From Spirochaetia bacterium (GTDB lineage Bacteria > Spirochaetota > Spirochaetia > SZUA-6 > Bin103), in contig OZ241863.1 in the NCBI GenBank assembly GCA_965203055.1, positions 160,001 through 224,000 on the forward strand: DNA of 64,000 nucleotides, read 5' to 3'. Shown here in pieces: positions 48,894 to 58,698 of the stretch (positions within the stretch are counted from its first letter, which is position 1; each line of letters opens with the position of its first letter). The position numbers and the translations under genes are program-made. The notes under the pieces were generated by a model. That model was not told the origin of the DNA and searched no databases. It saw only the letters and a program-made list of their open reading frames with translations.

Positions 48894-49896
48894 CCTCGCC
48901 CGCTCCCTCAGCGACCGACTCCTCGGCGCCCGAATCCTCAGAGCGCGTCAGCGTGGTGTGATACAGCACCGCCATGCGCACCGCCACGCCGTTGGTCACC
49001 TGCTCCAGGATCAGGGAATGCGGGCCGTCGGCCACTTCCGCGGCCACCTCCACGCCGCGGTTCATCGGTCCCGGATGCAATACCAGCAGCCCTTCCCTGG
49101 CGCGCCGCAGACGATCGTGCGTCAGCCCGTACTCCACCGCGTACTCCCGCACCGACGGGAAGAACGCCCCGCGCTGGCGCTCGAACTGAATCCGCAGCAG
49201 GTTGAGGACGTCGGCCTCCTCGATCACCTCGTCCAGATCGTAGGACACCGCCGCGCCGAGCGCTTCGATGCCGGGCGGAATGAGACTCGGCGGCCCGCAC
49301 ACCGTCACCCGCGCGCCGAGCTTGCGCAGGCACCACAAGTTGGAGCGCGCCACCCGCGAGTGCAGGATGTCGCCCACCAGGCAGACGTGCAGGTCCTGCA
49401 ACTGCCGTTGCTCGCGGATGGTGAAGATGTCCAGCAGCCCCTGGGTAGGATGCTCGTGGATGCCGTCGCCGGCGTTGATCACGCTGGCGTCCAACTCGCG
49501 CGCCAGCAGCTCGGCCGCGCCGGACGAGGCGTGGCGCACCACCACCGTGTCCACCTGCATCGCCTCGATGTTCCGGGCCGTATCGACCAGGCTCTCGCCC
49601 TTCTGCACGCTGGAGGAGGAGCCCTGGAAGTTGACCGTATCCGCGGACAGCCGCTTGGCGGCCAGCTCGAAGCTGGTGCGGGTCCGGGTAGAGGACTCGA
49701 AGAACAGGTTGGCGATGGTCTTGCCGCGCAGCGCCGGCACTTTCTTGACGGGGCGCGCCGACACGCGCTTGAACTCCTCGGCGGCATCGAGCAGCAATTC
49801 GATCTCGCCGCGGCTGAGCAGTTCCAGCGCCAGCAGGTCCTTGCGCGTCCAGGCGGGCGCCGCGGCCGGCGGCTCAGCGCCGGTGGCCGACGGCAA
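48886..49896 (-). CDS. pyrB: Aspartate carbamoyltransferase catalytic subunit (start approximate)
   Basis: [52 protein letters not shown]. Confidence 0.96.
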   Translation of the reverse strand: MPSATGAEPPAAAPAWTRKDLLALELLSRGEIELLLDAAEEFKRVSARPVKKVPALRGKTIANLFFESSTRTRTSFELAAKRLSADTVNFQGSSSSVQKGESLVDTARNIEAMQVDTVVVRHASSGAAELLARELDASVINAGDGIHEHPTQGLLDIFTIREQRQLQDLHVCLVGDILHSRVARSNLWCLRKLGARVTVCGPPSLIPPGIEALGAAVSYDLDEVIEEADVLNLLRIQFERQRGAFFPSVREYAVEYGLTHDRLRRAREGLLVLHPGPMNRGVEVAAEVADGPHSLILEQVTNGVAVRMAVLYHTTLTRSEDSGAEESVAEGAGEDG

Positions 49897-50428
49897 TGAC
49901 CACCTCCTCATCGGGGTCGGTGTCGCGCAGCCGCACGTGAACGATCTCCTCACGGCTGGTGGGGACGTTCTTGCCCACGTAGTCAGCGCGGATCGGGTAC
50001 TCCCGATGGCCGCGGTCGATCACCACGGCGAGCTGGATGCGGCGCGGGCGCCCGAACTCCACCAGAGCGTCCAGCGCCGCGCGGGTCGTGCGGCCGGTGT
50101 ACAGCACGTCGTCCACCAGCACCACCACCCGGTCGTCGAGGGGAAAGTCGATTTCCGTCCGGCCCACCACCGGGGCGCTGGCGACGTGGCTCAGGTCATC
50201 GCGGTACAGACTGATGTCGAGGATGCCCAGCGGCGCCTCGACGCCGGTGATCTCTTGCACCAGCCGCTGCAGCCGGCGCGCCAGCGGCACCCCGCGGGTG
50301 CGGATGCCCACGAACGCCATCCGGTCGACGGTGCGATTGCGCTCCACCACCTCGTGCGCCAGCCGCGTCAGGCAGCGCGCCAAGTCAGCGGCATCGAGAA
50401 TGCGGCGTTCGGAATAGCAGAAATTCAC
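49874..50428 (-). CDS. pyrR: Bifunctional pyrimidine regulator PyrR / uracil phosphoribosyltransferase
   Basis: [60 protein letters not shown]. Confidence 0.95.
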   Translation of the reverse strand: MNFCYSERRILDAADLARCLTRLAHEVVERNRTVDRMAFVGIRTRGVPLARRLQRLVQEITGVEAPLGILDISLYRDDLSHVASAPVVGRTEIDFPLDDRVVVLVDDVLYTGRTTRAALDALVEFGRPRRIQLAVVIDRGHREYPIRADYVGKNVPTSREEIVHVRLRDTDPDEEVVIAVGHRR

Positions 50429-50435
50429 GGTCCGC

Positions 50436-50468
50436 TCCTTTCCGGCCTCGCGGGACCGGCTTAAAGGA
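50436..50468 (-). promoter_or_regulatory. PyrR-binding RNA stem-loop overlapping the pyrR Shine-Dalgarno
   Basis: Minus-strand UCCUUUAAGCCGGUCCCGCGAGGCCGGAAAGGA fits the PyrR loop consensus (UUUAA..GUCCnGnGAGG); the 3' arm is the SD. Confidence 0.85.
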
Positions 50469-50476
50469 CGGCCGGC

Positions 50477-50505
50477 AGGGTAGCCGGGCCGCGCCCCCGC
50501 GTCAA
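50477..50505 (-). promoter_or_regulatory. Putative sigma-70 promoter of the pyrR operon
   Basis: TTGACG-17 nt-TACCCT directly upstream of the PyrR loop. Confidence 0.65.
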
Positions 50506-50612
50506 CGGCGCGCGTCCGCCTCGAGCGCGGCGCGCTTGCCGAGGGGCGCCGTTCGTGCCATGCTGGCGGCAACCAACGAAGACCCGGCGGCCGGGTCACA
50601 AGGAGACGATAC

Positions 50613-51272
<660 letters not shown>

Positions 51273-51322
51273 CGGGGACCACCCAAATAGATACCCCAGG
51301 TACACCAAGGAGGAGAGAACCA

Positions 51323-53338
51323 ATGACCAGACCGAAGTTGACGTTGGCCGTCGCGACGTTGCTGAGCTGTTCGCTGCTGTCGTTCGCCGGCGGCAGCACC
51401 GACTCAGGGGCCGCCGATTCCGGCGCCGCCGCAGCGGCCCGCACCGGCACCTACGGCGAAGCGCCGATGCTGGCCGCGCTGGTGGCGGCCGGGGAACTGC
51501 CGCCGGTGGACGAACGGCTGCCGGCGAACCCGCCGGTGCGCACCCCGATCGAGGAGGTGGGACAGTACGGCGGCACGGTACGGGTATTCGCCCTCGACAA
51601 CTGGCCATGGCAGGACATGACCGAGAGCGTCGAGCGCGGCCCCTACCTGCTCAAGGGGGTCGACGGGCAGATTCTTCCCGACGTGGCCGAATCGGTGCGG
51701 ATGGCCGCGGACAATGCCTCGGTGACGATCCGCCTGCGCGAGGGACACAAGTGGTCCGACGGCCACCCCGTCACTGCCGACGACATGGTGTTCCAGTTCG
51801 TCGCCATGCACCTCCACCCCGAGGTCGTGACCTACAAGACCAGCCCGTTCGTCCAGGACGCGGTGCGGGTCGACGACCTGACCGTGCGCCTGGAGTTCGA
51901 CGCCCCGCACCCGGAGATGATGGTCAAGCTGGCCACCTGGCACGGCGGCGACTGGGAGATGCTGAAGCCGAAGCACTACCTCTCCAAGTGGCACATCGAC
52001 TACAACGACCAGGCCAACGAGGTCGCCAGGGAGGAGGGGCACGAAACCTGGCAGCAGGCGTTCACCGATCACTTCTTCTGGAAGCCGTCGACCGACGTCG
52101 ATCTGCCGGTCATTCAGGCGTGGCGCTTCACCGAGATTACCCCCACCGTGCGCGTATTCGAGCGCAACCCCTACTACCTGCGCGTGGACACCGCCGGCAA
52201 CCAGCTTCCCTACGTCGACCGCATCGTCTCCACCGTGGTGGAGAAGGAGGTGTACAACCTCAAGATCATCGGCGGCGAGGCGGACCTGGCATACGGCAAC
52301 ACGAGCCTGGAGAACTTCGCCCTCTACAAGGAGAACGAGCAGCAGGGCGACTATCGGGTAACCCTGATTCCGGGGCTCTCGGCGTCCGACGTCGCGGTGG
52401 TGTTGAATCAGAACCACAAGGAGCCGTGGCGCGCGGAGCTGTACCAGGACCTGCGCTTCCGGCGCGCCCTGTCGCTGGCCATCAACCGCGGCGAAGTGAA
52501 CGAGCAGGTGTTCTTCGGCCTGGCCACCCCGCGCCAGGCCGCCCCGCCGACCGCGCACAGCTACTATCTGAACGAGTGGGGCAACGCCTGGGCGGGCTAC
52601 GATCCTGACCGGGCCAACGCACTGCTCGACGAAGTCGGCATGACCGAACGCACCCGCGACGGGTTCCGGCGCGCGCCCGGCGGCGAGGAACTGCAGATCC
52701 TCGTCGAGTACGCCGAAGGCACTCCGGTCCCGGCGATGGAGTTGATCAAGGAGTATTGGGAGGCGGTCGGCGTCAAGGTACTGCTCAAGGTGGAGACCGG
52801 TCAGTCTCGCAACGTCACCCGCACGCTGAACGAGCATGACGCGCGCGCCAGCGCCATCGGCGAGGCTTCGGAAACGGGGCAGTACATCACCGGCGGCGGC
52901 GAGCAGTTCACCTGCAACCGGTCGCGCGGCGTGACCAAGGACTCGCGCTGGATGCCGTGCGGCACCGATAACGGCTGGGGCTGGCAGTGGGGCAAGTGGC
53001 TCGCGGCCAACGCCGCCATCGAGGCCGGCACCCACACGCTGGCCGACTTCGGCGGCAGCATGCCCGGCTGGGAACCGCCGCAGGAAGTGAAGGACCTCGA
53101 TGAATGGTCGTGGGCGCTGCGCGTCACCGAGTTCGGCTCCCCCGAATACGTGGAGTTGGCGAGCAACGTCGCGCAACTGCAGGCCGACCGGCTGTGGGCG
53201 ATCGGCGTGGTGGGCCTGAGCCCGACGATCTACATCTCCCGCAGCAACATCGGCAACGTTCCGACCGAATACAGCATCGGCGTGGAATGGTCGATCGGTC
53301 TGAACTACTGGGGAGACCAGCTCTTCTTCCGCCAGTAG
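51323..53338 (+). CDS. Family-5 ABC transporter solute-binding protein (orphan)
   Basis: Signal ending FAGG, EAPMLAALV.AGELPPVDERLP, YGG, LREGHKWSDG.PVTADD, RNPYY..D..GNQLPY, FRRALSLAINR. Confidence 0.9.
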   Translation: MTRPKLTLAVATLLSCSLLSFAGGSTDSGAADSGAAAAARTGTYGEAPMLAALVAAGELPPVDERLPANPPVRTPIEEVGQYGGTVRVFALDNWPWQDMTESVERGPYLLKGVDGQILPDVAESVRMAADNASVTIRLREGHKWSDGHPVTADDMVFQFVAMHLHPEVVTYKTSPFVQDAVRVDDLTVRLEFDAPHPEMMVKLATWHGGDWEMLKPKHYLSKWHIDYNDQANEVAREEGHETWQQAFTDHFFWKPSTDVDLPVIQAWRFTEITPTVRVFERNPYYLRVDTAGNQLPYVDRIVSTVVEKEVYNLKIIGGEADLAYGNTSLENFALYKENEQQGDYRVTLIPGLSASDVAVVLNQNHKEPWRAELYQDLRFRRALSLAINRGEVNEQVFFGLATPRQAAPPTAHSYYLNEWGNAWAGYDPDRANALLDEVGMTERTRDGFRRAPGGEELQILVEYAEGTPVPAMELIKEYWEAVGVKVLLKVETGQSRNVTRTLNEHDARASAIGEASETGQYITGGGEQFTCNRSRGVTKDSRWMPCGTDNGWGWQWGKWLAANAAIEAGTHTLADFGGSMPGWEPPQEVKDLDEWSWALRVTEFGSPEYVELASNVAQLQADRLWAIGVVGLSPTIYISRSNIGNVPTEYSIGVEWSIGLNYWGDQLFFRQ

Positions 53339-53358
53339 CCGCCGCTGCGGTTTCCGGG

Positions 53359-53409
53359 CCGCCGGGCGCGGGAGGCTTGCCTCTCCCGCGTCCGGCGGAC
53401 CCGCTTTTT
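53359..53409 (+). terminator. Rho-independent terminator
   Basis: 16-bp stem CCGCCGGGCGCGGGAG/CTCCCGCGTCCGGCGG followed by a T-run, between convergent genes. Confidence 0.75.
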
Positions 53410-54734
53410 CAGGACGCCAGGGAGGTGGGGCCGGCCGGGAACAGCGTGTCCGATGAGGATTCGGCCGGATCGTCCAACCCGAAGAAGCCCATCAGGATGT
53501 GGCTCAGATTGGAGGCCAGCACGCGGTAGGAGTAGTGCTTGCGCGCCACCGTGTAGTTGAGCTCGACCGCCCACTGCCGGTAGTCGGGGTCGCCCAGGAA
53601 CCGCTTGGCTTCCCCGATCACGTCGTCGGATACGTAATCGTCCATCAGAATGGTGCGGAACCCCTTGGGGCGGATGTCGCTGGCGTAGATCGAGTAGTTG
53701 TTCACGAAGATCGGCTTGCGGTGGTAGACCGCCTCCAGGAAGGCGTTGCCGAAGCCCTCGAACAGCGACGGGTAGGTGACCAGATCGGCGTGCGGGTAGA
53801 CGTCGTCCAGGGAATAGATCTTGCCGCCCTGCGGCGTGGTCGCGCGCCGGTGGTTGATCATCCCGTCGACGAACAGCGTGCGTATTCCGAGCATTTCGGC
53901 ATAGTCGCGGACCCGCTGCTGGTACTCGAAGCCTTCGTCGCCGGCGGCGTGGGAGATGACCAGGATCATGTTCCCGTCCCGATCCAGATGCTTCACCAGC
54001 TCGATGGCGTGTTCGATGCCCTTGCGCTGCACGACGCGCGTGGGCTGCAGCACGAAGATGTCATCCTCCCGCAGCCCCAACGCGCTGCGCACGTCGGCGT
54101 TGTAGTCGTCGATCCCGCGCGGCGGGTCGTCGAAGTCCATCACGTTGGGGATCAGGTAGGCATTGGCGCCGGAGCGCAGCGCCAACTGGTTGCGCGCCGT
54201 GCTGTTGATCACCACGTGCGTCACCGAGTGGAGCCGCGGCGGGTAGGAGTTGCGCAGGTAGTCGGACACGCAACTGACCATGAAGCGCTTGCGTTCCCAG
54301 GTGAAGTCGTGGTGATGGGCGATGGTGGCGATGCGGGTCTCGGCGATCACTTCGGTGATGGCCAGACCGAGGGGAATGTTGAGCGGGATCGACAGGGTGT
54401 TCTCGGCCACCAGCACGTCGAGCGAAAAGCGTTCGATGAACTCGTGGAGGCCCTCTTTCAGTTCCCGCCGCAGCTTGTGGATCTTCTCCGTAACCCACGG
54501 CTTGCGGGTGTCGGTGTCGAACAGATTGTTGGTGATCTCCTGTATCTCCGGGTGCTTGAACTGCGCCTTGGGGAGCAGAATCGAGCATTCGGGCGGAGTC
54601 TCCAACTCGCCGCCGCAGTAGTAGCAGCGGTGGCCCATGCGCTCCAGTACGGTGGCCCACTTGGTGGTTTCCAGCGACACGCCGTCGGTTCCCGCGAAGC
54701 GGAACGACACGAATCCGATGTTGCGCCGGCGCAT
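53409..54734 (-). CDS. GT4 glycosyltransferase (possibly mannosylglucosylglycerate-synthase-like)
   Basis: FAGTDGVSLET, HHHDFTWER, QPTRVVQRKGIE, YPSLFEGFGNAFLEA. Confidence 0.8.
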   Translation of the reverse strand: MRRRNIGFVSFRFAGTDGVSLETTKWATVLERMGHRCYYCGGELETPPECSILLPKAQFKHPEIQEITNNLFDTDTRKPWVTEKIHKLRRELKEGLHEFIERFSLDVLVAENTLSIPLNIPLGLAITEVIAETRIATIAHHHDFTWERKRFMVSCVSDYLRNSYPPRLHSVTHVVINSTARNQLALRSGANAYLIPNVMDFDDPPRGIDDYNADVRSALGLREDDIFVLQPTRVVQRKGIEHAIELVKHLDRDGNMILVISHAAGDEGFEYQQRVRDYAEMLGIRTLFVDGMINHRRATTPQGGKIYSLDDVYPHADLVTYPSLFEGFGNAFLEAVYHRKPIFVNNYSIYASDIRPKGFRTILMDDYVSDDVIGEAKRFLGDPDYRQWAVELNYTVARKHYSYRVLASNLSHILMGFFGLDDPAESSSDTLFPAGPTSLAS

Positions 54735-54740
54735 GGCAGG

Positions 54741-55274
54741 TCAGCGCACGTGGCCGGCGGCGGCCAGCTTGGACAGCTTGGGCGCGATGACGGCGCGGCA
54801 GTAGGGAGCGCGGGGATTGCGCGCGAGGTAATCCTGGTGGTACTCCTCGGCGGGGTAGAAGCGCTCCAGCGGTACGATCTCGGTGACGATGGGACGCCGG
54901 AACCGCGCCTGCGCCGCGTCGCGCGATGCCTCGGCGCTGCGCTGCTGGGCGTGGTCGTGGGTCAGGATGATGGACCGGTACTGCGGGCCGACGTCGTGGC
55001 CCTGGCGGTTGCGCGTAGTGGGATCGTGAGCGCGCCAGAACAGGTCGAGGAGCTGGGCGTAGCTCACCGCTCCGGCGTCGAAGGTGACCTGGACCACCTC
55101 CGCATGGCCGGTGCGCCCGCGGCAGATTGCCTCGTAGGTCGGGTCCGGGGCGCTGCCGCCGGCATAGCCGGACACGACCTTGCTCACCCCGCCGACCCGC
55201 AGATAGACCGCCTCCACGCACCAGAAGCAGCCGCCGCCCAGGGTGGCCGCGGCACTCTCCGACGCGCTCGTCAT
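54741..55274 (-). CDS. msrA: Peptide-methionine (S)-S-oxide reductase
   Basis: GGGCFWC, SGYAGG, TGHAEVV, HDPT, NRQG.DVGPQYRS, AEEYHQDY. Confidence 0.96.
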   Translation of the reverse strand: MTSASESAAATLGGGCFWCVEAVYLRVGGVSKVVSGYAGGSAPDPTYEAICRGRTGHAEVVQVTFDAGAVSYAQLLDLFWRAHDPTTRNRQGHDVGPQYRSIILTHDHAQQRSAEASRDAAQARFRRPIVTEIVPLERFYPAEEYHQDYLARNPRAPYCRAVIAPKLSKLAAAGHVR

Positions 55275-55411
55275 GGCCGGCCTCCGAAAACCGCCACCCT
55301 GCGGCGCCGCTTTTCGCCCATCTCGTCCTCCCGGCAGGAGCCGTTCGCAGATGACCGACTCCGCAGCGATTCACTACATTAGTATATGCATCGGTATCTT
55401 TCGCTACGGTA

Positions 55412-55555
55412 ATGACTGAAGGCAACAGTTATTTTTCGGGCAAGCCGGAACCGCAGCGGCCGGGCGCGCAGTCCCGGGCGCTGGCGCTGGCGCGGGAGCT
55501 GGCGGAACTGCGTCTGCGCCTGCTGAGCCAGCGGCCGCGCTGCGGCGCACGATAG
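55412..55555 (+). CDS. Possible small protein (47 aa)
   Basis: ATG..TAG ORF MTEGNSYFSGKPEPQRPGAQSRALALARELAELRLRLLSQRPRCGAR filling an intergenic gap after an AT-rich stretch. Confidence 0.3.
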   Translation: MTEGNSYFSGKPEPQRPGAQSRALALARELAELRLRLLSQRPRCGAR

Positions 55556-55607
55556 CCGCGCTCAGCGCGCGGCTGAAGCGGTCGTCAGGCGCTGGCCGGG
55601 GCCCCGG

Positions 55608-56435
55608 TCAGTCGAGGTAGCCCTCCAGCATCCGCAGGTTCAGCGAGACCTGGAGCTGCTGCAGCGCCCGCTTCTCGATCTGGCGCACCCGCTCCTTGGT
55701 CAGGCGGTAGCGCCGCCCGAGCTCGGTCAAGGTCAGCCGTTGGCGGCCGTTGAGACCGAACCGACTCTGCAGGATGTCCGACTCGCGTTGCGACAGGCTG
55801 CCCAGAACGTGGTTGATGTCGGCCTTGAGGACGCCGGCCATCGCTTCCTCTTCGGGCGAGCTGGCGCGGTCGCGCACCGAGTCGCCGATCTGGGCCGCGG
55901 TCCCATCGTCGAAGGCGGGCGCCTCGATCGACAGCAATTCCCGTGACACCGAGAGCAACTCGGCGACCCGCTGCGGCGCCAGGTCGAGAAACTCGGCGAC
56001 CTCGTCCACGCTGGGCTCGCGGCTCAGGCGGCCGCGCAACTCGGTCCGCGCCCAGCCGATGCGCTCCACGATGCCGGCCGCGTGGGCCGGCAGCCGAATG
56101 GTGCGCGAGCTCGCCTCCAGGGCCTTCAGAATCGCCTGCCGAATCCACCATACCGCGTAGGTGGTAAAGTGGTACCCTCGTTCCGGGTCGAATTTCTCGG
56201 CCGCCTTGAGCAATCCGACGTTCCCTTCGCTGATCAGATCGGCGAGCGGAATGCCGCGATGCTGATACTGGCGGGCGATGTTGACTACGAACCGGAGATT
56301 GCTGTTGATCAGCTTTTCCTTCGCCACCTCGTCGCCGGCCCGTGCGGCGCGCGCGTAACGCCGCTCTTCCTCGCGGGTCAGGAGTGGATGGCGTTTGAGA
56401 TCTGCGAGATAGCTCGCCAACGCTCCATCTTCCAT
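55608..56435 (-). CDS. Sigma-70 family RNA polymerase sigma factor (RpoD/RpoS-like, lacking region 1.1)
   Basis: NLRFVV.IA, DLISEGNVGL, FDPERG.HFTTYAVWWIRQ, TIRLP, TKERVRQIE. Confidence 0.93.
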   Translation of the reverse strand: MEDGALASYLADLKRHPLLTREEERRYARAARAGDEVAKEKLINSNLRFVVNIARQYQHRGIPLADLISEGNVGLLKAAEKFDPERGYHFTTYAVWWIRQAILKALEASSRTIRLPAHAAGIVERIGWARTELRGRLSREPSVDEVAEFLDLAPQRVAELLSVSRELLSIEAPAFDDGTAAQIGDSVRDRASSPEEEAMAGVLKADINHVLGSLSQRESDILQSRFGLNGRQRLTLTELGRRYRLTKERVRQIEKRALQQLQVSLNLRMLEGYLD

Positions 56436-56548
56436 GTTCGCAGAATCTCACCGGCGGTTGAAGGTGGTTTGAACGCACCGTTAAGGATCCGTAACGTTGC
56501 GCGGCCCGCATGCGCGCCTCGGGGACCGGGCGTGCGCCGCTCCCGCAG

Positions 56549-56845
56549 CTAGCCGAACAGCTTGTCGAAGTCGGTGCGCGCCCGCTTGGCGCGCCGCTGC
56601 TCCGCGTCCGCGGCCCCGTTCCCGCGCGGCCCGGCCCGCAGGCGGAAGTAATCGCAGAAGTTGGCGCGGTCCTTGTCCCGCACCGGTTCCGCAATCGTCT
56701 CCCGGCAGTCCCACTGCGCGCCCCGCTCATAGAACGCGCAGTTCAGGCACACCTTCAGCGGTCGGCTGCAGTTCGGGCACTCCGTCTCGCGAAAGATCGG
56801 CACGTCACGCGGCAGTTCGACGCCGCAGGAATGACACTGACCCAT
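56549..56845 (-). CDS. Small Cys-rich putative zinc-binding protein
   Basis: CHSC, CPNC, CLNC, DCRE, ANFCDYF. Confidence 0.75.
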   Translation of the reverse strand: MGQCHSCGVELPRDVPIFRETECPNCSRPLKVCLNCAFYERGAQWDCRETIAEPVRDKDRANFCDYFRLRAGPRGNGAADAEQRRAKRARTDFDKLFG

Positions 56846-56968
56846 GGCGCCATGGTAGCACGCCCGGCTGCCGCCGATGCCGGCGCATTTCCAAATGTAG
56901 GTACGCGTCTTGCCGCTTGGCGGCCAAGTCCATTTCCAGCGTAGGAGGACGTTCTCGGCGATCTTGAA

Positions 56969-58327
56969 TCACCGGTCTACCGGCGCCTGCCGATCCTCGC
57001 CGGGGCGGTCGAATCCGGCGCCGGCGTGGCGGTAGCGGTGATGGGCGGCGCACAGCAGGCGGAGATTGTTCGGCTCGGCGGCGCCGCCGCAGGCATACGG
57101 CACGACGTGATCGATCTGCAGCAGGTGTTGGGAGCCGCAGCGGCGCCCGCTGGTGCGGTCCACGTAGCGGCAGCGGCCGCGGTCGCGCCGCCAGACCTCG
57201 CGCTTGACCGCCGCCGGGATGGCGCGGCCGGCCACGCCGCCCGTCTTCGCTGCCGAAGTCCGGGTCCGCGGCGGCGCAGCCGGCTGCGCGCACGCCGCAG
57301 CCGGCCGGTCGAGGCGCCGCGTCTTCGGCGCCGAAGTGGTGTCGGTCGCCGGCTTCGCTGCCGAAGTGTCCGGGCGGTCAGCGGCTTCGTCTCCCGGCTG
57401 CGCCGGCGCCTGAGTCGATACCTTCGCCGCCGAAGGAGCGGCGCGGTCCGCGCCGGCCTCCTGCTTCGCTGCCGGGGCAGCGCCGCGAGCCGAGGCTGCC
57501 TGCGTCTTCGGCGCCGAAGTTTGCTCGGCTCCTTTGGCCGGCGCCGCGCGCCGCCCGCGCGGCGGCCGGGCCGGGTCGTGGCGGTCGAGCCCTTCCCGCA
57601 CCAGCCGCCCCATGAGCTGCCCCATCGTCAGATGCGGATCGACGTGGGACAGGAGGCCCTTGAGCCGCTCCAAGCCGCGCCGGCACTCATCGTCGATCAC
57701 CGCCTTGAGCTCCCAGCGCCCGCCGCCCAGGGGCCGCACCCGATCCGCCGGCGCCGCCAGCTCCGGGTCCACCTCGGCCAGCAAACTGCATCACCTCCCG
57801 GCTGCTCTTGCCGGACGCCTGCTCCACCAGCTCCCGCCGCGCCTCCGGGTCCAGCACCGGCGCCAGCGCCGGTTCCGCTCCGCCGGCCGCGGCGGCGCCG
57901 CGCCGTCCAGCGACTGAGCGGCAGCCCCGCACCCGGCCCCGCCCGGCGCGCTACGCGCCGCGCGCTCCTTCTTGCGCTCCTGCCGGTCGAAGGCGTTCTG
58001 CAACTGCGCGGCCGCGTTCAGCGTCATCGTGCCATTCTGCAGGCGCTCGCGCACGCCCTCGACGTCCGCGCAGAGCCGCATCGCCTTGATGCGCCGCCAC
58101 GCTGCGGCGTCGCTGTAGCCCAGCTCGCGCACTGCGTAATCGAACAGGCTGGAGAACCCGCGGCGCAGATACAGGCGGCGCTTCTGAATCTCGCGCAGGT
58201 GGTCGATCACGACCACTTCGAGATGGTGTTCGACGCGGGAAAGTTCCTTGGTCCGCTCCAGCAGGCGGTCGTCTGATAGGGCGGATACGGTAGTGGTGAC
58301 GGCCTCGTCGGAAGCACGTTTGTTCAT
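56969..58327 (-). pseudogene. HNH endonuclease with DUF222-like N-terminus, disrupted by two compensating frameshifts
   Basis: N-part LSDDRLL..HLREI..RRLYL..GFSSLFDY..LGYSD; middle part in another frame; C-part RAIPAAVKREVW.RD.GRC..C..QIDH..GG..NLRLLC.AHH; total span 1359 nt is divisible by 3. Confidence 0.8.
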
Positions 58328-58333
58328 GACATA

Positions 58334-58362
58334 AGTATAATCATAGAAACTACTTGAGTCAA
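58334..58362 (-). promoter_or_regulatory. Near-consensus sigma-70 promoter for a leaderless HNH transcript
   Basis: TTGACT-17 nt-TATACT-6 nt-ATG; inverted repeat ACTTGA-G-TCAAGT over the -35. Confidence 0.75.
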
Positions 58363-58499
58363 GTTATTCGGGCCGGAAGATGCCATATGCGGGCGTGACT
58401 CGGCGGCGCATTTCCAAGCGGCTGGACGTTCCGTCAGATGCTACTGCCGAGAATGTCGCCGGCGTCGACAGGGCGCGATCTGCCGGGTACCGAGGGGCC

Positions 58500-58590
58500 G
58501 GCTTCGGCGCCGGCGGCATTGAGGGCGAGCAGGCGGGCGAGCACTTCGTCGCGGACTCCGGCGCGGTCCATGGCGGCGTGCAGCGGTACT
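58500..58590 (-). pseudogene. Relic resembling the C-terminus of a type IIG/IIL restriction-modification enzyme
   Basis: LHAAMDRA joined directly to VRDEVLARLLALNA; both recalled from C-termini of MmeI/Eco57I-like proteins, where they are normally separated. Confidence 0.45.
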
Positions 58591-58698
58591 CGTAGTACGC
58601 CTTTCCGAGGCTTCGAGGGCGGGATCGGTACCAACAATTTGGAAGTGCGCCCCGGCGCTACGAGCAAAGGCCACCCGTGCTGCACGACGCGCAGGGGA

